From the NCBI GenBank assembly GCA_963775425.1, contig CAVZJB010000012.1, forward strand, positions 1 through 64,000: DNA of 64,000 bases, written 5' to 3'. A program made the position numbers and the translations under genes. The stretch comes from an uncultured delta proteobacterium. Lineage in GTDB: Bacteria; Myxococcota; UBA727; VGSZ01. A model generated the notes under the pieces. It was given only the letters and a program-made list of their open reading frames with translations. It ran no database searches and was not told the origin of the DNA. Below are positions 1 to 11,600 of this stretch, piece after piece; within the stretch, counting starts at the first letter, position 1, and every line of letters begins with the position of its first letter.

Positions 1-1
1 G

Positions 2-1536
2 ATCTTCCAACGTGTCGACATCGAGCAGCAGCGCGTCGATCAGGAGTGCGACGGGCGGCTCCAGATCGCCGACATGCAATTCGAAGCCGACGGCAAGGTG
101 CTCACGCTGAGGAGCGAGATCGCCGACAAGCAGCAGCAGATCGACTACTGGCAGAAGCGCCTCTCCGAGATCGATCGCGCGGCGCAGGCCGCGTCGGCGG
201 TGGGCGCCACGTTCCAGGCGGTGACGCAGGGCCAGGGGGCGTGCGCGGGAGATAACCCCGTGGCGTGCGTCGCCGGTGTAACCGCCTCGACCCTGGCGGC
301 GTCCAACTTCGCCGTCGCTGCGGGCCTGCAGACGTCGGCGCTCGGCGTGCAGATCGCCGCCGACGTCAAGACCACCGACCTCGAAAACGACATCCAGGCA
401 AAGGAGCAGACGATCGCCAACGTGGAGCGGGCGCGCAGTACGAGGCGCAACTCGCGGAGTGCTGCCTCGACGCCATCGGCGGCGGCACCCAAAACGGCGA
501 CACCAACGGCGACGTAGCGGGTTGCCAGAGCCCGGGGCCCATCCTCGCCAACAGCCAGGCGCAGGTGGATGACCAGCTCGTGGATCTGTTGCGCGCGGAT
601 CTCGAAGCCTCGCGCGCGGAGCTCGAGATGCAGCGCGCGCTCGGACGCCTCTCGAGCTTGCGCAACCAGGCGCAGCGCCTGATCGATGAAGAGGACGAAG
701 CCGAGCAGCACCTCATCAACGTCACCGCCGCGCAGAACGACCCCAACGTACGCATCTTCGCCAACGCCGACGTGCTCGACGCCGATCGTGTCTTCAACAT
801 CGCGCTCGTCGACGCGTTCCGCGCCACGCGGAGCTTCGAGTACTACACGGCGCAGTCGTACGCGCCGAAGCAGGACCTGTTCCTCGTGCGCATGGCGGGG
901 CACGGCGAGAACAATCTCGAGGACTACCTGCTCGACCTGCAGCGCGCGTTCAATGACTTCGAGCAGCAGTTCGGCAGCCCGTCCGAGCGCGTCGAGATGC
1001 TCTCGTTGCGCGACGACATCCTCCAGATCCCGTACGTCGACCCGAGCGGGCGGGCGCTCTTGCCCAACGAGCGCGTGGACCTCTTGCGACAGAAGCTCAC
1101 GGATCCGTCCCTGCTCGACTCCCACGGCTACGTGCGCATCGGCTTCTCCACGGACCTGGGAATGACATCGCCGCTCACCGCCATCCACAAGCTGACGCGC
1201 ATCGAGGTGGAGATGCAAGGCTCCGACCTCGGCGACCGCGTGGGCCGCGTCTACCTCACGTCGAAGGGCACGGCCACCATCCGCGGCCTCGACGACAGTT
1301 TGAACTTCAGCCGCGCCGATCCGCTCACCGCCGTGGTGAACCCCTTCTTCAACGGGGTCCGCTTGTTCAACGACTCGTTCTACGACGAGCAGCGCCTCAA
1401 AGATCGGCCCTTCGTGAACACGCAGTGGGAGCTCGGGCTCAACTTCCTCGACGAGGACGTCAACGCGGACATCAACATCAACTCGATCTCCGACATTCGC
1501 GTCTTCTTCTTCTACGAAGACTTCACGCGCCTGTAG
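2..1536 (+). CDS. 3' part of a large TcA-like protein (helical hairpin plus putative TcB-binding C-terminal domain); 5'-truncated by the window, one frameshift at about 429-431
   Basis: Frame open from base 2 joins ORF 74..517. Adding one G to GGG at 429-431 (ANVER-G-AQYEAQLAEC) joins it to ORF 265..1536. Long amphipathic helices flank a hydrophobic A/V/G stretch. The C-terminus RPFVNTQWEL...ININSISDIRVFFFY resembles the TcA C-terminal pattern PF..W.L....ISD..L..Y. It lies upstream of a TcB-TcC fusion. Confidence 0.6.
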
Positions 1537-1549
1537 GCGAGGGGCCGTC

Positions 1550-4279
1550 ATGCCGCGTTCATCGATCGCCACCTCTGCTCTCTCGCGCACGCTCGCGTTC
1601 GCCGGGGTGGTACTCGGCCTCTCGTTCGGCGGATGCGATTGCGGCGCGCCCGCGGTCGGCGCGGACGCGGGCCCCGCAGGCGAGGGCGAGGGCGAGGGCG
1701 AGGGCGAGGGCGACTGCCCGGCGGGCACGGCGGATTGCCCGTGCCGCGCGGGCCAGGGCTGCGACGCCGACCTCGTTTGCCAGGGCGACACCTGCGTCGC
1801 GTGCACCTTCGGCACCCTCGGGTGTCCCTGCGCCGACGGCGCCTGCGACCTCGGCGACGTCTGCGACAGCGCCTCGGTGACGTGCCGCGCGGCGACGTCG
1901 TGCGAGGCCGCGGGCTGCGCGCAGCACCAACTCTGCGATGTGCCGCCCGGACAAGACGCGACGTGCCTCGCCGACTGCGACGACGGTTACACGTTCGACA
2001 CGGCCACCAACGCGTGCGAAGCGACGCCGAGCTGCGATCCCACCGCGCCAGGCTTCCTCACGTGCCCCGAGGGCGTCGCCTGCGACGACACCGCGGGCGC
2101 CGTGTGCAACGGTTGCCTGCCCGGCTACGTGGACTTCGACGGCACGTGCCTCGCCGACACCGATTGCGCGGCGTACTGCGGGCCCAATCGAGCCTGCACG
2201 CTGCCGGACGCGAGCGGCAACCCCGCCGTGTGCGGCGACTGCACCGCCGGCTCCGTGCTCGACGACGCCACGGGCCGCTGCATCGACGTCATCACCTGCG
2301 CGGAGCTCACGTGCGGGCCGAACGAGCAATGCACCGTGACCGCCGCGGGGCAGGACGCGACGTGCGTTCCCGTCGGCAACTGCCCCACGGGCGAGGTCGA
2401 TCCCGGAAACGGCAATTGCGTCGCGTGTGTCGATTGCTTCGAAGATCTCGGCGGCGGGAACCTCGTGCCCAACGAAGGCGTGACGGGAGTGGGCAACGGC
2501 GGGCATGCGTTCGGCTCGCGGTGCGTGTGTCAGCTGGAGCAGGGCTACTTTCAGAGCATCGACGACGGCGCGGTGAAGAAGTGCGACGCCGACGACGACG
2601 GATGGGTCAACGCCGACATCCTGCCGGTGCTGCGCTTGAACAGCGGCCAGAACCCGTTCGCGCAGGAAGAGCACTGCACCGTTCGCACCATCAGCGAGTT
2701 CGACCTCGAGGCCGACATCCCGCCGGCGGCCGGTCCGCAGACCACCACGCGCGCCATCACCATCGCCGAGCTCGTCACGGCGCACGGCATCCCGAGCTCG
2801 GCCATCCAGATCGACAGCGCCGGACGCAAGTTTGTGTCGCTCATCGAGCCCGAGATCCTCGATGACCCGACGCTGTTCGCGCTCCGGTACCAATCGAACG
2901 ATCCGCGCGAGCGGCTGTTCAACTACGGCGGCTTCACCGGCGGCACCGGCGACCCCGGCCTCACGCCCAACCAGCTCACGGCGGCCGAGGCAAACCCGCT
3001 CACGAAGGAGTGCAACCAGGACGCCGACGACCTGAACTTCGACTCCGTGCCCGACGTGACGCAAAGCCAACTGCGCTTGCCCGGCGCGGGCTTCCTCAGC
3101 GACACGCTCGAACAGACGCCGGTGTTCTACCGCATGAGCTACTTCATCGAGCTCGATCGCGGCTTCTTCCGCGACCGCACCGCGGAGTGCGCTGCCTCCG
3201 GCGAGTCGCCGTGCCACGGTGCGTACGTCATTCGCGAGAAGTCGCGGAGCCAGAGGCCCGCCAGCCCCGACGGTCTCGAGCCCACGTACGTCGATCGCAG
3301 CGTAGACAGCTTCGACGCCAGCTATTGGGAGCAGTGCGCGCGCTCGCGCGATCCGAATTACAACGCCGGCCTCGGCACCGAAGACACGCTCAACATGGAC
3401 TTCGCGTTCTGGTCCACCGGGTGCTCGAGCGCCGTGGGCAGCTGCCTCGTCGAGACCGACCTCGACGGCGACGGCGTCCCCGACACGGGGCCGCACGTCG
3501 CGTACGACGGCCGCGCCGTGCGGGCGAACGCCACGCTCGCAAACCACCCTGTAGATCTCGCCGACGACGGGAGCCCCCGTTGGCCGGGCATGAATCACAG
3601 CAGCCAATTCAAGTGTGTGAGCTTCGGTGCGCTGCCGGCGGCGCAAGCGCAGCGCAAGCCGCCCACAGGCAACTTCGATCTGAATGAGTGCCACCTCGAC
3701 CCCCGCAGCGTGCAGGGCGCGTCGACGGGCGCGGACCCGACCAACCCGCGCGATCCGCTCATGACATGCGTCCCCGGCGTGCCCACGTCGGCCGCCAAGG
3801 TGGGGTTCAACTACTGGGCGCCGAAGGTCCCCTCCACCGACGTCACAGCTCCGTACAACGGCGGCTGCATCAACGAGGGCGGCGAGTGGAGCTACCTGTG
3901 CGCCGCATCGAAGCCGTCGGAAAGCGTCAACGCCGCCGAGAACAACCTCGAGCTCACCTTCGGACAGCTCTTTTGCGCGTGCGGCGCCGATCGCAGCGGC
4001 TCCACGTGTCAGATTGGGTGTGCCTCCGGTGAGCGCCTGCTCGACGGGGCGGCGACCACTGCGTCGGTGGCGCTCGTCAACGGCGAGCTGAGGCTCGCCC
4101 GCACGTGGATGTGTGCGTACCCGTCCGCTTCCCACGAGACGCTCACCGGCACCGACGGCACCACGAACATCACGCTCGTCGGCGAAGTCCCGTCTTCCCT
4201 CGTGCCCGCGGAGCCGCTCACCGCCACCGACGCAGTCCGCGGCGTCGTCTACTCCATCACCGCCCCTCCTGTCCGCTGA
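1550..4279 (+). CDS. Cys-rich secreted/lipoprotein, 909 aa, with (GE)n linker, EGF-like Cys repeats and Ca-binding DxDxDG motifs
   Basis: N-terminal hydrophobic segment ending FGGC; GEGEGEGEGE; CPC repeats; DADDDGW and DLDGDGVPD motifs; 13 bp after the upstream stop. Confidence 0.8.
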   Translation: MPRSSIATSALSRTLAFAGVVLGLSFGGCDCGAPAVGADAGPAGEGEGEGEGEGDCPAGTADCPCRAGQGCDADLVCQGDTCVACTFGTLGCPCADGACDLGDVCDSASVTCRAATSCEAAGCAQHQLCDVPPGQDATCLADCDDGYTFDTATNACEATPSCDPTAPGFLTCPEGVACDDTAGAVCNGCLPGYVDFDGTCLADTDCAAYCGPNRACTLPDASGNPAVCGDCTAGSVLDDATGRCIDVITCAELTCGPNEQCTVTAAGQDATCVPVGNCPTGEVDPGNGNCVACVDCFEDLGGGNLVPNEGVTGVGNGGHAFGSRCVCQLEQGYFQSIDDGAVKKCDADDDGWVNADILPVLRLNSGQNPFAQEEHCTVRTISEFDLEADIPPAAGPQTTTRAITIAELVTAHGIPSSAIQIDSAGRKFVSLIEPEILDDPTLFALRYQSNDPRERLFNYGGFTGGTGDPGLTPNQLTAAEANPLTKECNQDADDLNFDSVPDVTQSQLRLPGAGFLSDTLEQTPVFYRMSYFIELDRGFFRDRTAECAASGESPCHGAYVIREKSRSQRPASPDGLEPTYVDRSVDSFDASYWEQCARSRDPNYNAGLGTEDTLNMDFAFWSTGCSSAVGSCLVETDLDGDGVPDTGPHVAYDGRAVRANATLANHPVDLADDGSPRWPGMNHSSQFKCVSFGALPAAQAQRKPPTGNFDLNECHLDPRSVQGASTGADPTNPRDPLMTCVPGVPTSAAKVGFNYWAPKVPSTDVTAPYNGGCINEGGEWSYLCAASKPSESVNAAENNLELTFGQLFCACGADRSGSTCQIGCASGERLLDGAATTASVALVNGELRLARTWMCAYPSASHETLTGTDGTTNITLVGEVPSSLVPAEPLTATDAVRGVVYSITAPPVR

Positions 4280-4305
4280 TCGCGCACCGAACCTCGGAGA
4301 ACCCG

Positions 4306-5614
4306 ATGAACCGTCCACGCCTGCTCCGCCAATGGCCCGCCCTGCTGCTCGTGATCACCGCCGGGATCAGCATCGCGCAAGGGGCGACGACGGGCCGCGT
4401 GTTCCCGTACACCGGGTTCCTCGAGGAGAACGGTGTCGCGGTCGACGGCGAGCGCGACATGAAGCTCGAGCTCTTTGCGAGCGCCGGCGCGGGCACGGCG
4501 TGCCAGACCTTGTTCTTCGACGCGGTGCCGGTGGCGGCGGGCCAGTTCAAGGTCGACCTCGAGGACGTCGCCGACGCCTGCCTCGTCGGCGGCGAGATGT
4601 TCATCGCCGTCTCCGTGGGACCTGTCGGCGGCACGTTGACGGATTTGACGACGGGATCGGGCACCGGGCGTGTCGCGATTGGCGCAGTGCCCTTCGCTGC
4701 AGCGTCGCCGAAGGCCGCGACGTTCCTCGCCGCCGCCGCCGCCGACATCGCCGGCGACCTCGTCACCGGCGGCAACGTCACGGCGGGCAACACCTTCGTC
4801 GGCGACGTCGGCTTTGGGCCCACGGTCGCCGGGATGAGCCAAAAAGTCGCGGGCGTCCGTGACGTCGTACGGCTTTTCGCAACAGAGCGACGGTCTGTTG
4901 ACGGCCGTGAATACGGCCACGGGCGGCACGATTCGCCTGCGCGTCAACAACGTCGACCGGGTGGTGATGGACAGCTCGGGCAACGTCACCGCGAACGGCA
5001 CCGTGAGCACACCGGCCGTCGTCTTGAACGATGGGACCAACGACACCGAGATTGCCGGCATCGCCGGCTTCGCAGATGGCCCGGGCATCGAGGTGCGGCC
5101 GCTGGTGAACCCTGCGGACAACGAGCCGATCTTTCGCGTCCTCTCTTCGGGCGGCAGTGAGCGCCTGCGCATCGTCCACAACGGCACCAACGTCATGGAC
5201 AACAGCCTCAGCGTCACCAAGGACATCACCGCGCACTGCCCGAGCGACATGGAGCGCATCGGCGGCGACTGCATCGAGAAGGCGGCCGCCGGGAGCGGGT
5301 CCTTCGACGCCGCCTTGCAGTCGTGCGCCAGCAGAGGCCGATCGGTCTGCAGCTACTCGCAGCTCGTCGCCTGCGATGAGCTGTCGTCTCTCTCGGGCAG
5401 CGGCTTGGGCGGCGGCAGCACGAGCTGCGCCGCCCAGACCGACAACCCCAACGCGGTGATCTGGACCTCCGACAGGCACACCGAGCGCGACGACTTCGGA
5501 GAGTCGTGGACCGTCAACCTCGTCTGCTTCAAGGGCAACGACACCGTGCTCGAGTGCAACAAGGCGGACACCCACACCGTCTTCTGCTGCTCTCACGGCA
5601 TCAACCTGAATTGA
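4306..5614 (+). CDS. Secreted tail-fibre-like adhesin with C-terminal C-type-lectin/FGE-like domain; frameshift at the A5 run 4841-4845
   Basis: GGAGA RBS before ATG 4306; signal peptide; N-terminal domain FPYTGFLEENG...GQFKVDL...IGAVPFA. Removing one A gives GMSQKSRASVTSYGFSQQ...IRLRVNNVDRVVMDSSGNV (fibre-type repeat). C-terminus CPSDMERIGGDCIE...ALQSCASRGRSVCS...IWTSD. Confidence 0.65.
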
Positions 5615-5616
5615 CG

Positions 5617-8600
5617 ATGGGCCACTATCACGCGCTCGCGCTCGGCATCGTCGCCTTGGCCTTCCATGCGGTCGCGGCGAGGGCGCAGACGGGGGTGTCC
5701 GACGATCGCGTGTCGTTGCCCGACGGGCCGGGCTCGGTGCAGGGCATCGGCGACAACGCGACGGTCAACCCCAACATGGGGATGTTCTCCACCAGCGTCG
5801 ACGTCGAGGTTCCCGAAGGGTTCGCCGGCATCACGCCGCAGCTCTCGTTCACGTACAGCTCCGGCGGCGGCGGCAACTCCGTCGTCGGCATCGGGTGGTC
5901 GTTCGCCACGCCGAGCATCGAGCGAATGACGTCGCGACAGATCCCCGACTACGACGACGCCGACGTCTTCGTGGGCGCGGCGGGAGAGCAGCTCACCCGC
6001 ACGTCGAGCGGCGAGCCCGCGGAGTATCGCGCGCGCTTCGAGGGGGGCTTTGTGCGCTATCGCTGGTTTCAACGCGGGTCCGGCGCCGAGGGCTATTGGA
6101 CCGCGGAGACCCCTGACGGCGTCGTCTCGTACTTCGGCGCCGACCACACGGGGACGCTCGTGGAGACGGCGCGGACCCGCGCGCCCGACGGCGTCTTTCG
6201 CTACCAGCTCGTCGAGTCCATCGATCCCTTCGGTCACACCACGAGCTACGCGTATCGCTTCTACGGCAGCCGGCCGCTCCTCGACCTCATCAGCTACGCA
6301 TACGACGCGCAGGGCAACGCGACGCAGTCAGTGACGTTCACCTACGAGCCCCGGCCCGACGTGGTCTCCAACGCTTCCGGCGGCTTCAACGACGAGCTCG
6401 CCGATCGCTTGACCCAGGTGCAGGTGTGGACCAACACGAGCCTCGTCCGCTCCTACGAGCTCGTCTACGAGCCGGCGAGCGAGACGCGCGGGCAGACGCG
6501 GCTCGCGCGCATCGAGACGCGCGGCGCCCAGGGCGGCTTGCAGGAGGTGGTTCACAGGTTCACGTACTCGCAGAGCTTGTCCGGGGTCTGCGCGGCCGCC
6601 GACTGCGCGGCACCGTTCCTCGTCGACATGGGCTCGCTCGGCGCCGGCTTCGGCAACGGCCAGGCCACGCTCCTCGACCTCAACGGCGACGGCCTGCCCG
6701 ACGTGGTGCGCACGCCCACCGGGCAGCCGCACGAGGTGTACCTGAGCCAGCTCGCGCCCGACGGCACGCACACCTTCCTGCCGCCGTTTCAGTCGCAGGT
6801 CGCCGCGTCGGTGGGCATGGATCTGTCCTCACCGTACGTCCAGGAGCTCGACTACGACGGCGACGGCTTCGTCGACCTCGTCAACGCCACCACCGGCCAG
6901 GTGCTCGTCAACGACGGCAGCGGCGACTGGGCGGGCAGCGTGGACCTCGGCGCCTCCAAGGTGCAGTCGCTCCCTGACTTCGGCCAGGACTTCACGCCCG
7001 GCGTAGACGATCTCAGCCACGTGCGCTTCTTCGACTACGACGGCGACCACATCATCGACGTGCTGCGCTCGGACCAGACCACGACGTCGGTGTATCGCGG
7101 GCTCGGCGCAGGCGGATACGAAGTCGACCCGAACGTCGAGGCGATCGGCGCGGGCTTCCAGGAGGACAACCTCGAGCTCGCCGACATGAACGGCGACGGC
7201 CTCCTCGATCCCGTGATCATTCAGCCGGGGCTCGTGCGCTATCGCTTGAACCTGGGCCGGGGGCACTGGTCGGACTGGGTCGACATGGAGAACGCGCCGG
7301 TGGACGCTAACGAACTCGACTTCACGTCGCTTGAAGACGTCGACAACGACGGGCGCGACGACCTCATCGTCGTCATCGACGGCACCGTGAAGGTGGCGCT
7401 CAATCGAAACGGCGAGACGTTCGAGCAAGTGAGCGAGCTCTCGACCGCTGGCGGACGTCCGCTCCCGATCCGCGACGCCGGCACCACGGTGTTGTTCGCG
7501 GACATGAACGCCAACGGCAGCAACGACGTCGTGTGGATCGACAGCCAGGGCAACACCATCTACCTGGAGCTCTTCCCTGAGCGGCCGAACCTGATGACGC
7601 GCGTGGAGAACAGCGTTGGCGGCGTGACCGAAATCGCATACGAGACGGCCGCCGAGGCGCGCGCGACGTCGCCGACGCCGTGGCAGTTCCCGCTCGTGGC
7701 GCCGATGATCGTGGTGCGCTCCCTCGACAGCTTTTCGGAGACCATCGACCCGTCGCTCACCGTGCACTCCACGCAGGAGTTCCAATACACCGACGGCTTC
7801 TTCTCTTCGGCCGAGCGACAGTTTCAAGGCTTCGGATCCGTCCGCGTCGACATGCCCGGCGACGTCAACCAGGCGCCCGCCGAGTCGGTGATCACCTACG
7901 ACGTCGGCGCAGGGACTGATGCGTTCCTCGCCGGTCAAACGCTCGCGCGCGCGACGACGTCGAACGGGGCGCCGCTCCGCGAGGAGTCGTTCACCTGGGG
8001 CTCGTGCGCGCTGTCGGGGATCGCCGAGGTCGATCCCGTGTTCCCGGTGGTGTGGGGGTGCTTGCAGCGAGACGAGATGGTGCACCAGGAGGGTCACCCG
8101 GAGAGCGATTGGGCGACGGTGGCCACCGACTACGACTACGACGGCTACGGAAACGTCACCGAGAAGGCGGAGGAGGGCGTCGTCGATGTCGGTGGGGGCG
8201 GGTGTGGACCGTGCACGAACCCGGCGGGGACCTTCGGCGCGCCTTGCGGCGCACAGTGCCTCGGCGACGAGTCGATCGTCGACACCACCTACGCCTCGCC
8301 CGACGACAACGCCGAGGGGCGCTGGCTGCTGCACAAGGTCGTCGAGGAGCGCACGCGCGCCTCCGACGGCGGCCGCGAGCAGGTGGTGCGCACGCACTAC
8401 GACGGCCCCGACTTCGTCGGGCTCGCGCTCGGCGCCACCACGAAGGGCGCGGTCACGCGCATCGAGCGCGTCGTCGAGGACGGCGCCACCGTCGACGTCA
8501 CGAAGAACCGCGTCGACGCGAACGGAAACCTCGTGGAGAGCATCACCGCCGGCGGCACGGTGGACGGCGCGGGCTACCGGCGGGCGTGGGTCTACGACGC

Positions 8601-11600
8601 GCTCGGCCTCTCCATCATCCAGGATCGCATCACCATCGCCCACAACGACGTAGACGACACGGAGGGCACGCGCACGCTGGTGCGCGACTTCACGTTCGAG
8701 CCCGTGTTCGGCGAGGTCGACTCGGCCACCGACTGGTACCTCGATGGTGACGCGCCCGGCGGGGTCACGCGCTGGGGCTACGACGAATTCGGGCGTCGGG
8801 TCTTCGAGGCCAAGCCCGGCGACGACGTCACCACGCCGACGACGGAGTACGAGTGGCAGATCGGCGCACCATACTCGCGCATCATCACGAGGAAGCGCTC
8901 GGTGAAGGGCGGACCGGCCGACATCGAAGAGGTCTCCTGCATCGACGGCCGCGGGCGCGACACGCAGACGCGGACGCTGCGAAACCCGGGCGAGTACTTC
9001 GTCAGCGGCTTCACGACGTACAACCTGCGCGGCGAGGTGCAGCGCGCGTACGAACCGTACACGTCCGCGTCCTCGGAGTGCGACGAGGCTGAGCCCGGCA
9101 CGCCGTTCGAGGAGTACGCGTGGGACGGCCTCGGCCGCGCGGCCAAGAGGACGTTCCCCGACGCCGCGTCGCGCGGCACGGCGTCGTTCGTCTCGTTCGA
9201 GTACGCGCCGCTCGCGCTCATCCGCTCCGACGCGCGCGACAACGACACGAGCGACGCGAGCGCCACCGGCACGCCGGACCTGATGCGCTACGACGGGCTC
9301 CACCGCGTCGTCGCCGAGGAGCAACAGAGCGCGCCTGGCGCCGCACCAGACATCCACCGCTTCGTCTACGACGACCTCGGGCTCCTCGCGGGCGTCGTGG
9401 ATCCCGAAGGCCATCAGAAGGTGCAGGAGCGCGACCTCAAGGGCCGCATCACGCATCTCGTCGACCCCGATCGGGGCGAGTGGCACTTCGCCTACGACGC
9501 CGCCGACAACCTCGTCCGCGAAGAAGACCCGACGGGCCGCGTGGTGCGCCGCGACTATGACGACGTCGGCCGGATCATCGCGCAGTGGGACGACGCCGAC
9601 CGTGACAACTCGTTGGTCGAGATCTTTCAGGACGTTCACCCCGCGTGCCCGGAGATCACGTGCTCCTTCACCGCCGGCCGGATGGCGGGGATGCGCTACA
9701 AGAGCGACACCTTCGGCGAGGTCGTGGAAGGCGTCGGCTACGACGTGCGCGGCAACGTCGTGTCGAGCGGCCGGCAGCTCGGATCGATCGGCCTGTTGTC
9801 GTCGTCGGAGTACGACAACGCCGACAGGCTCGTGGCCACGGTGCTGCCTGACGGCCGCCGCGTCAGCAACACGCTCGACGGCTTGGGGCAGGTGACGTCC
9901 ATCCCCGGCTACGTCGAGCAGATCAGCAGAAACGAGCGCGGGTATCTCGCCGACTACACGTTCAACAACGGCATCAAGACGTCGTTCACGTACGACGAGC
10001 GCAACGAGCTCACCGGCATCGACGCGGGCAGCGCGTTTCACCTCGCGCTGCACCGAGACCGCGACGGCAACGTCCTCGGCGTCGACGACACGGCGGCGAC
10101 CGGCGCGCAGTCGTCGGGCGGCTCGTTCGACTACGACGGGCGCAGCCGCCTCGTCGCCGCGCACCTCGGCGCCGGCGCGGCGGTGGAGACGGTGACCTTC
10201 GGCTACGACGCGCTCGATCGCGTGACGAGCAAGACATCGAGCGACGCGAAGAGCCCGGCGAACATCGGCGCGTTCGCCTACGACGACGACGCGCACCTGC
10301 ACGGCGTGACGAGCGCGGGTGAGCGCGCGCTGGAGTACGACGCCGCCGGCCGCGCCGTGCGCGCGGGCGACGACACGTACACGTGGGATCACCTCGGGCG
10401 CCTCACCGGTGTCGATCGCGGCGGGCGCGAGCTCATGCGCTACGAGTACGCCGGCGTCGACGAGCGGCTCGTCGAGCGCGGCCCGTCGTACACCAAGGTC
10501 CATCTCTCGAACCAATACGAGATCGTCGACGGCATCGCGCGGCTGCGCATCCTCGTCGACGGCGTCGCGGTCGTCGAAGAGGAGGTCGCGACGCTCGCGA
10601 CCTCGTTCATCACCGACAAAGACGGCGACGGGCGCATCACCGCCGCCGACGCGTGGCTCGCGAAGGGCGATCCGAGCGAAGCGCTGCGCGCTGCCGCGCG
10701 CACGACCCTGCTCGAGGGGGCGAACGGCAACCCGGAGGCAAAGCGCACCTTTCTGCACGTGGATCACCTCGGATCCACCTGCGCGGTCTCCGACGACAGC
10801 GGCGCTGTCACCGAGCGCCTCGCCTACTACCCGCACGGCGCGCTCAAGGGGAGCTCGGCGGGGCAGACGCAGTACGAGTCGTTCGCGCGCAACCGCGTCG
10901 ACGACAGCGGCCTCATCCACATGGGCGCGCGCGATCTCGTCCCCGAGCTCGGCCGTTTCCTTTCGCCGGATCCGACCTTCCTCACCGTTGGCGCCGACAT
11001 CATCGACAAGAGCCCCGACGCGTTCTCGGGCTACTCCGCCGCGGGCAACAACCCGCTGACGTACATCGACTTCGACGGGCGCTTCCCGTGGCAGGCGGTC
11101 GGCATCGGCATCGGGGTCGCCGTCGTCGCCGGCGGGCTCACCGCCGCAGGCGTCGTGACCGGGGTCTTGCCGGCGCTCGCGGCGGGCGCGCTGGCGGTGG
11201 TCGCGGCGGCGACCGTGGTGAACTTCCTCGGCGGGGCGATCGGGGCCGTGGCGGGCGTCGTCGGCGAGATCATGGTGCAGCGCGCGCGGCTCAAGGTGCT
11301 CTATCCGAATCGATCGCCGCCGACGCACGCCATCCTCGGGGCCGCGGCCACCGTGGCCTCGCGCGCTGTCTCGGGCTTCGCGGCGGGGTTCATGAGCTTC
11401 GGCCTCAGCGCCGTCACCGGCGCCGGCAGCGACGTCGTCAACGTGCGCATGTACGAAGGGAAGATCTCAGCGGGGCACGGGGCGATCGCGAAGATCGGGC
11501 TCGCCGCCGCCGGCGGCGTCTTGAGCGGTGGATTCGCGCTCGCGGGGCCTGCGCTCAGCGGCACGTTGACCGCCGCGAAGGTCGGCGTTCACGCCGCGAC

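Noticed and set aside
4835-4860. Programmed frameshift or phase variation at the A5 run
   Set aside because: The run is short and the window has many other single-base indels, so sequencing error is more parsimonious.
5230-5614. C-type-lectin-like tip as a diversity-generating retroelement target
   Set aside because: No reverse transcriptase and no template repeat were seen in the window.
6829-11328. 1499 aa minus-strand ORF, and similar long ORFs 1559..4318(-), 31278..34481(+), 39626..42085(+) and 42953..46111(+)
   Set aside because: Shadow ORFs opposite or overlapping well-supported genes.
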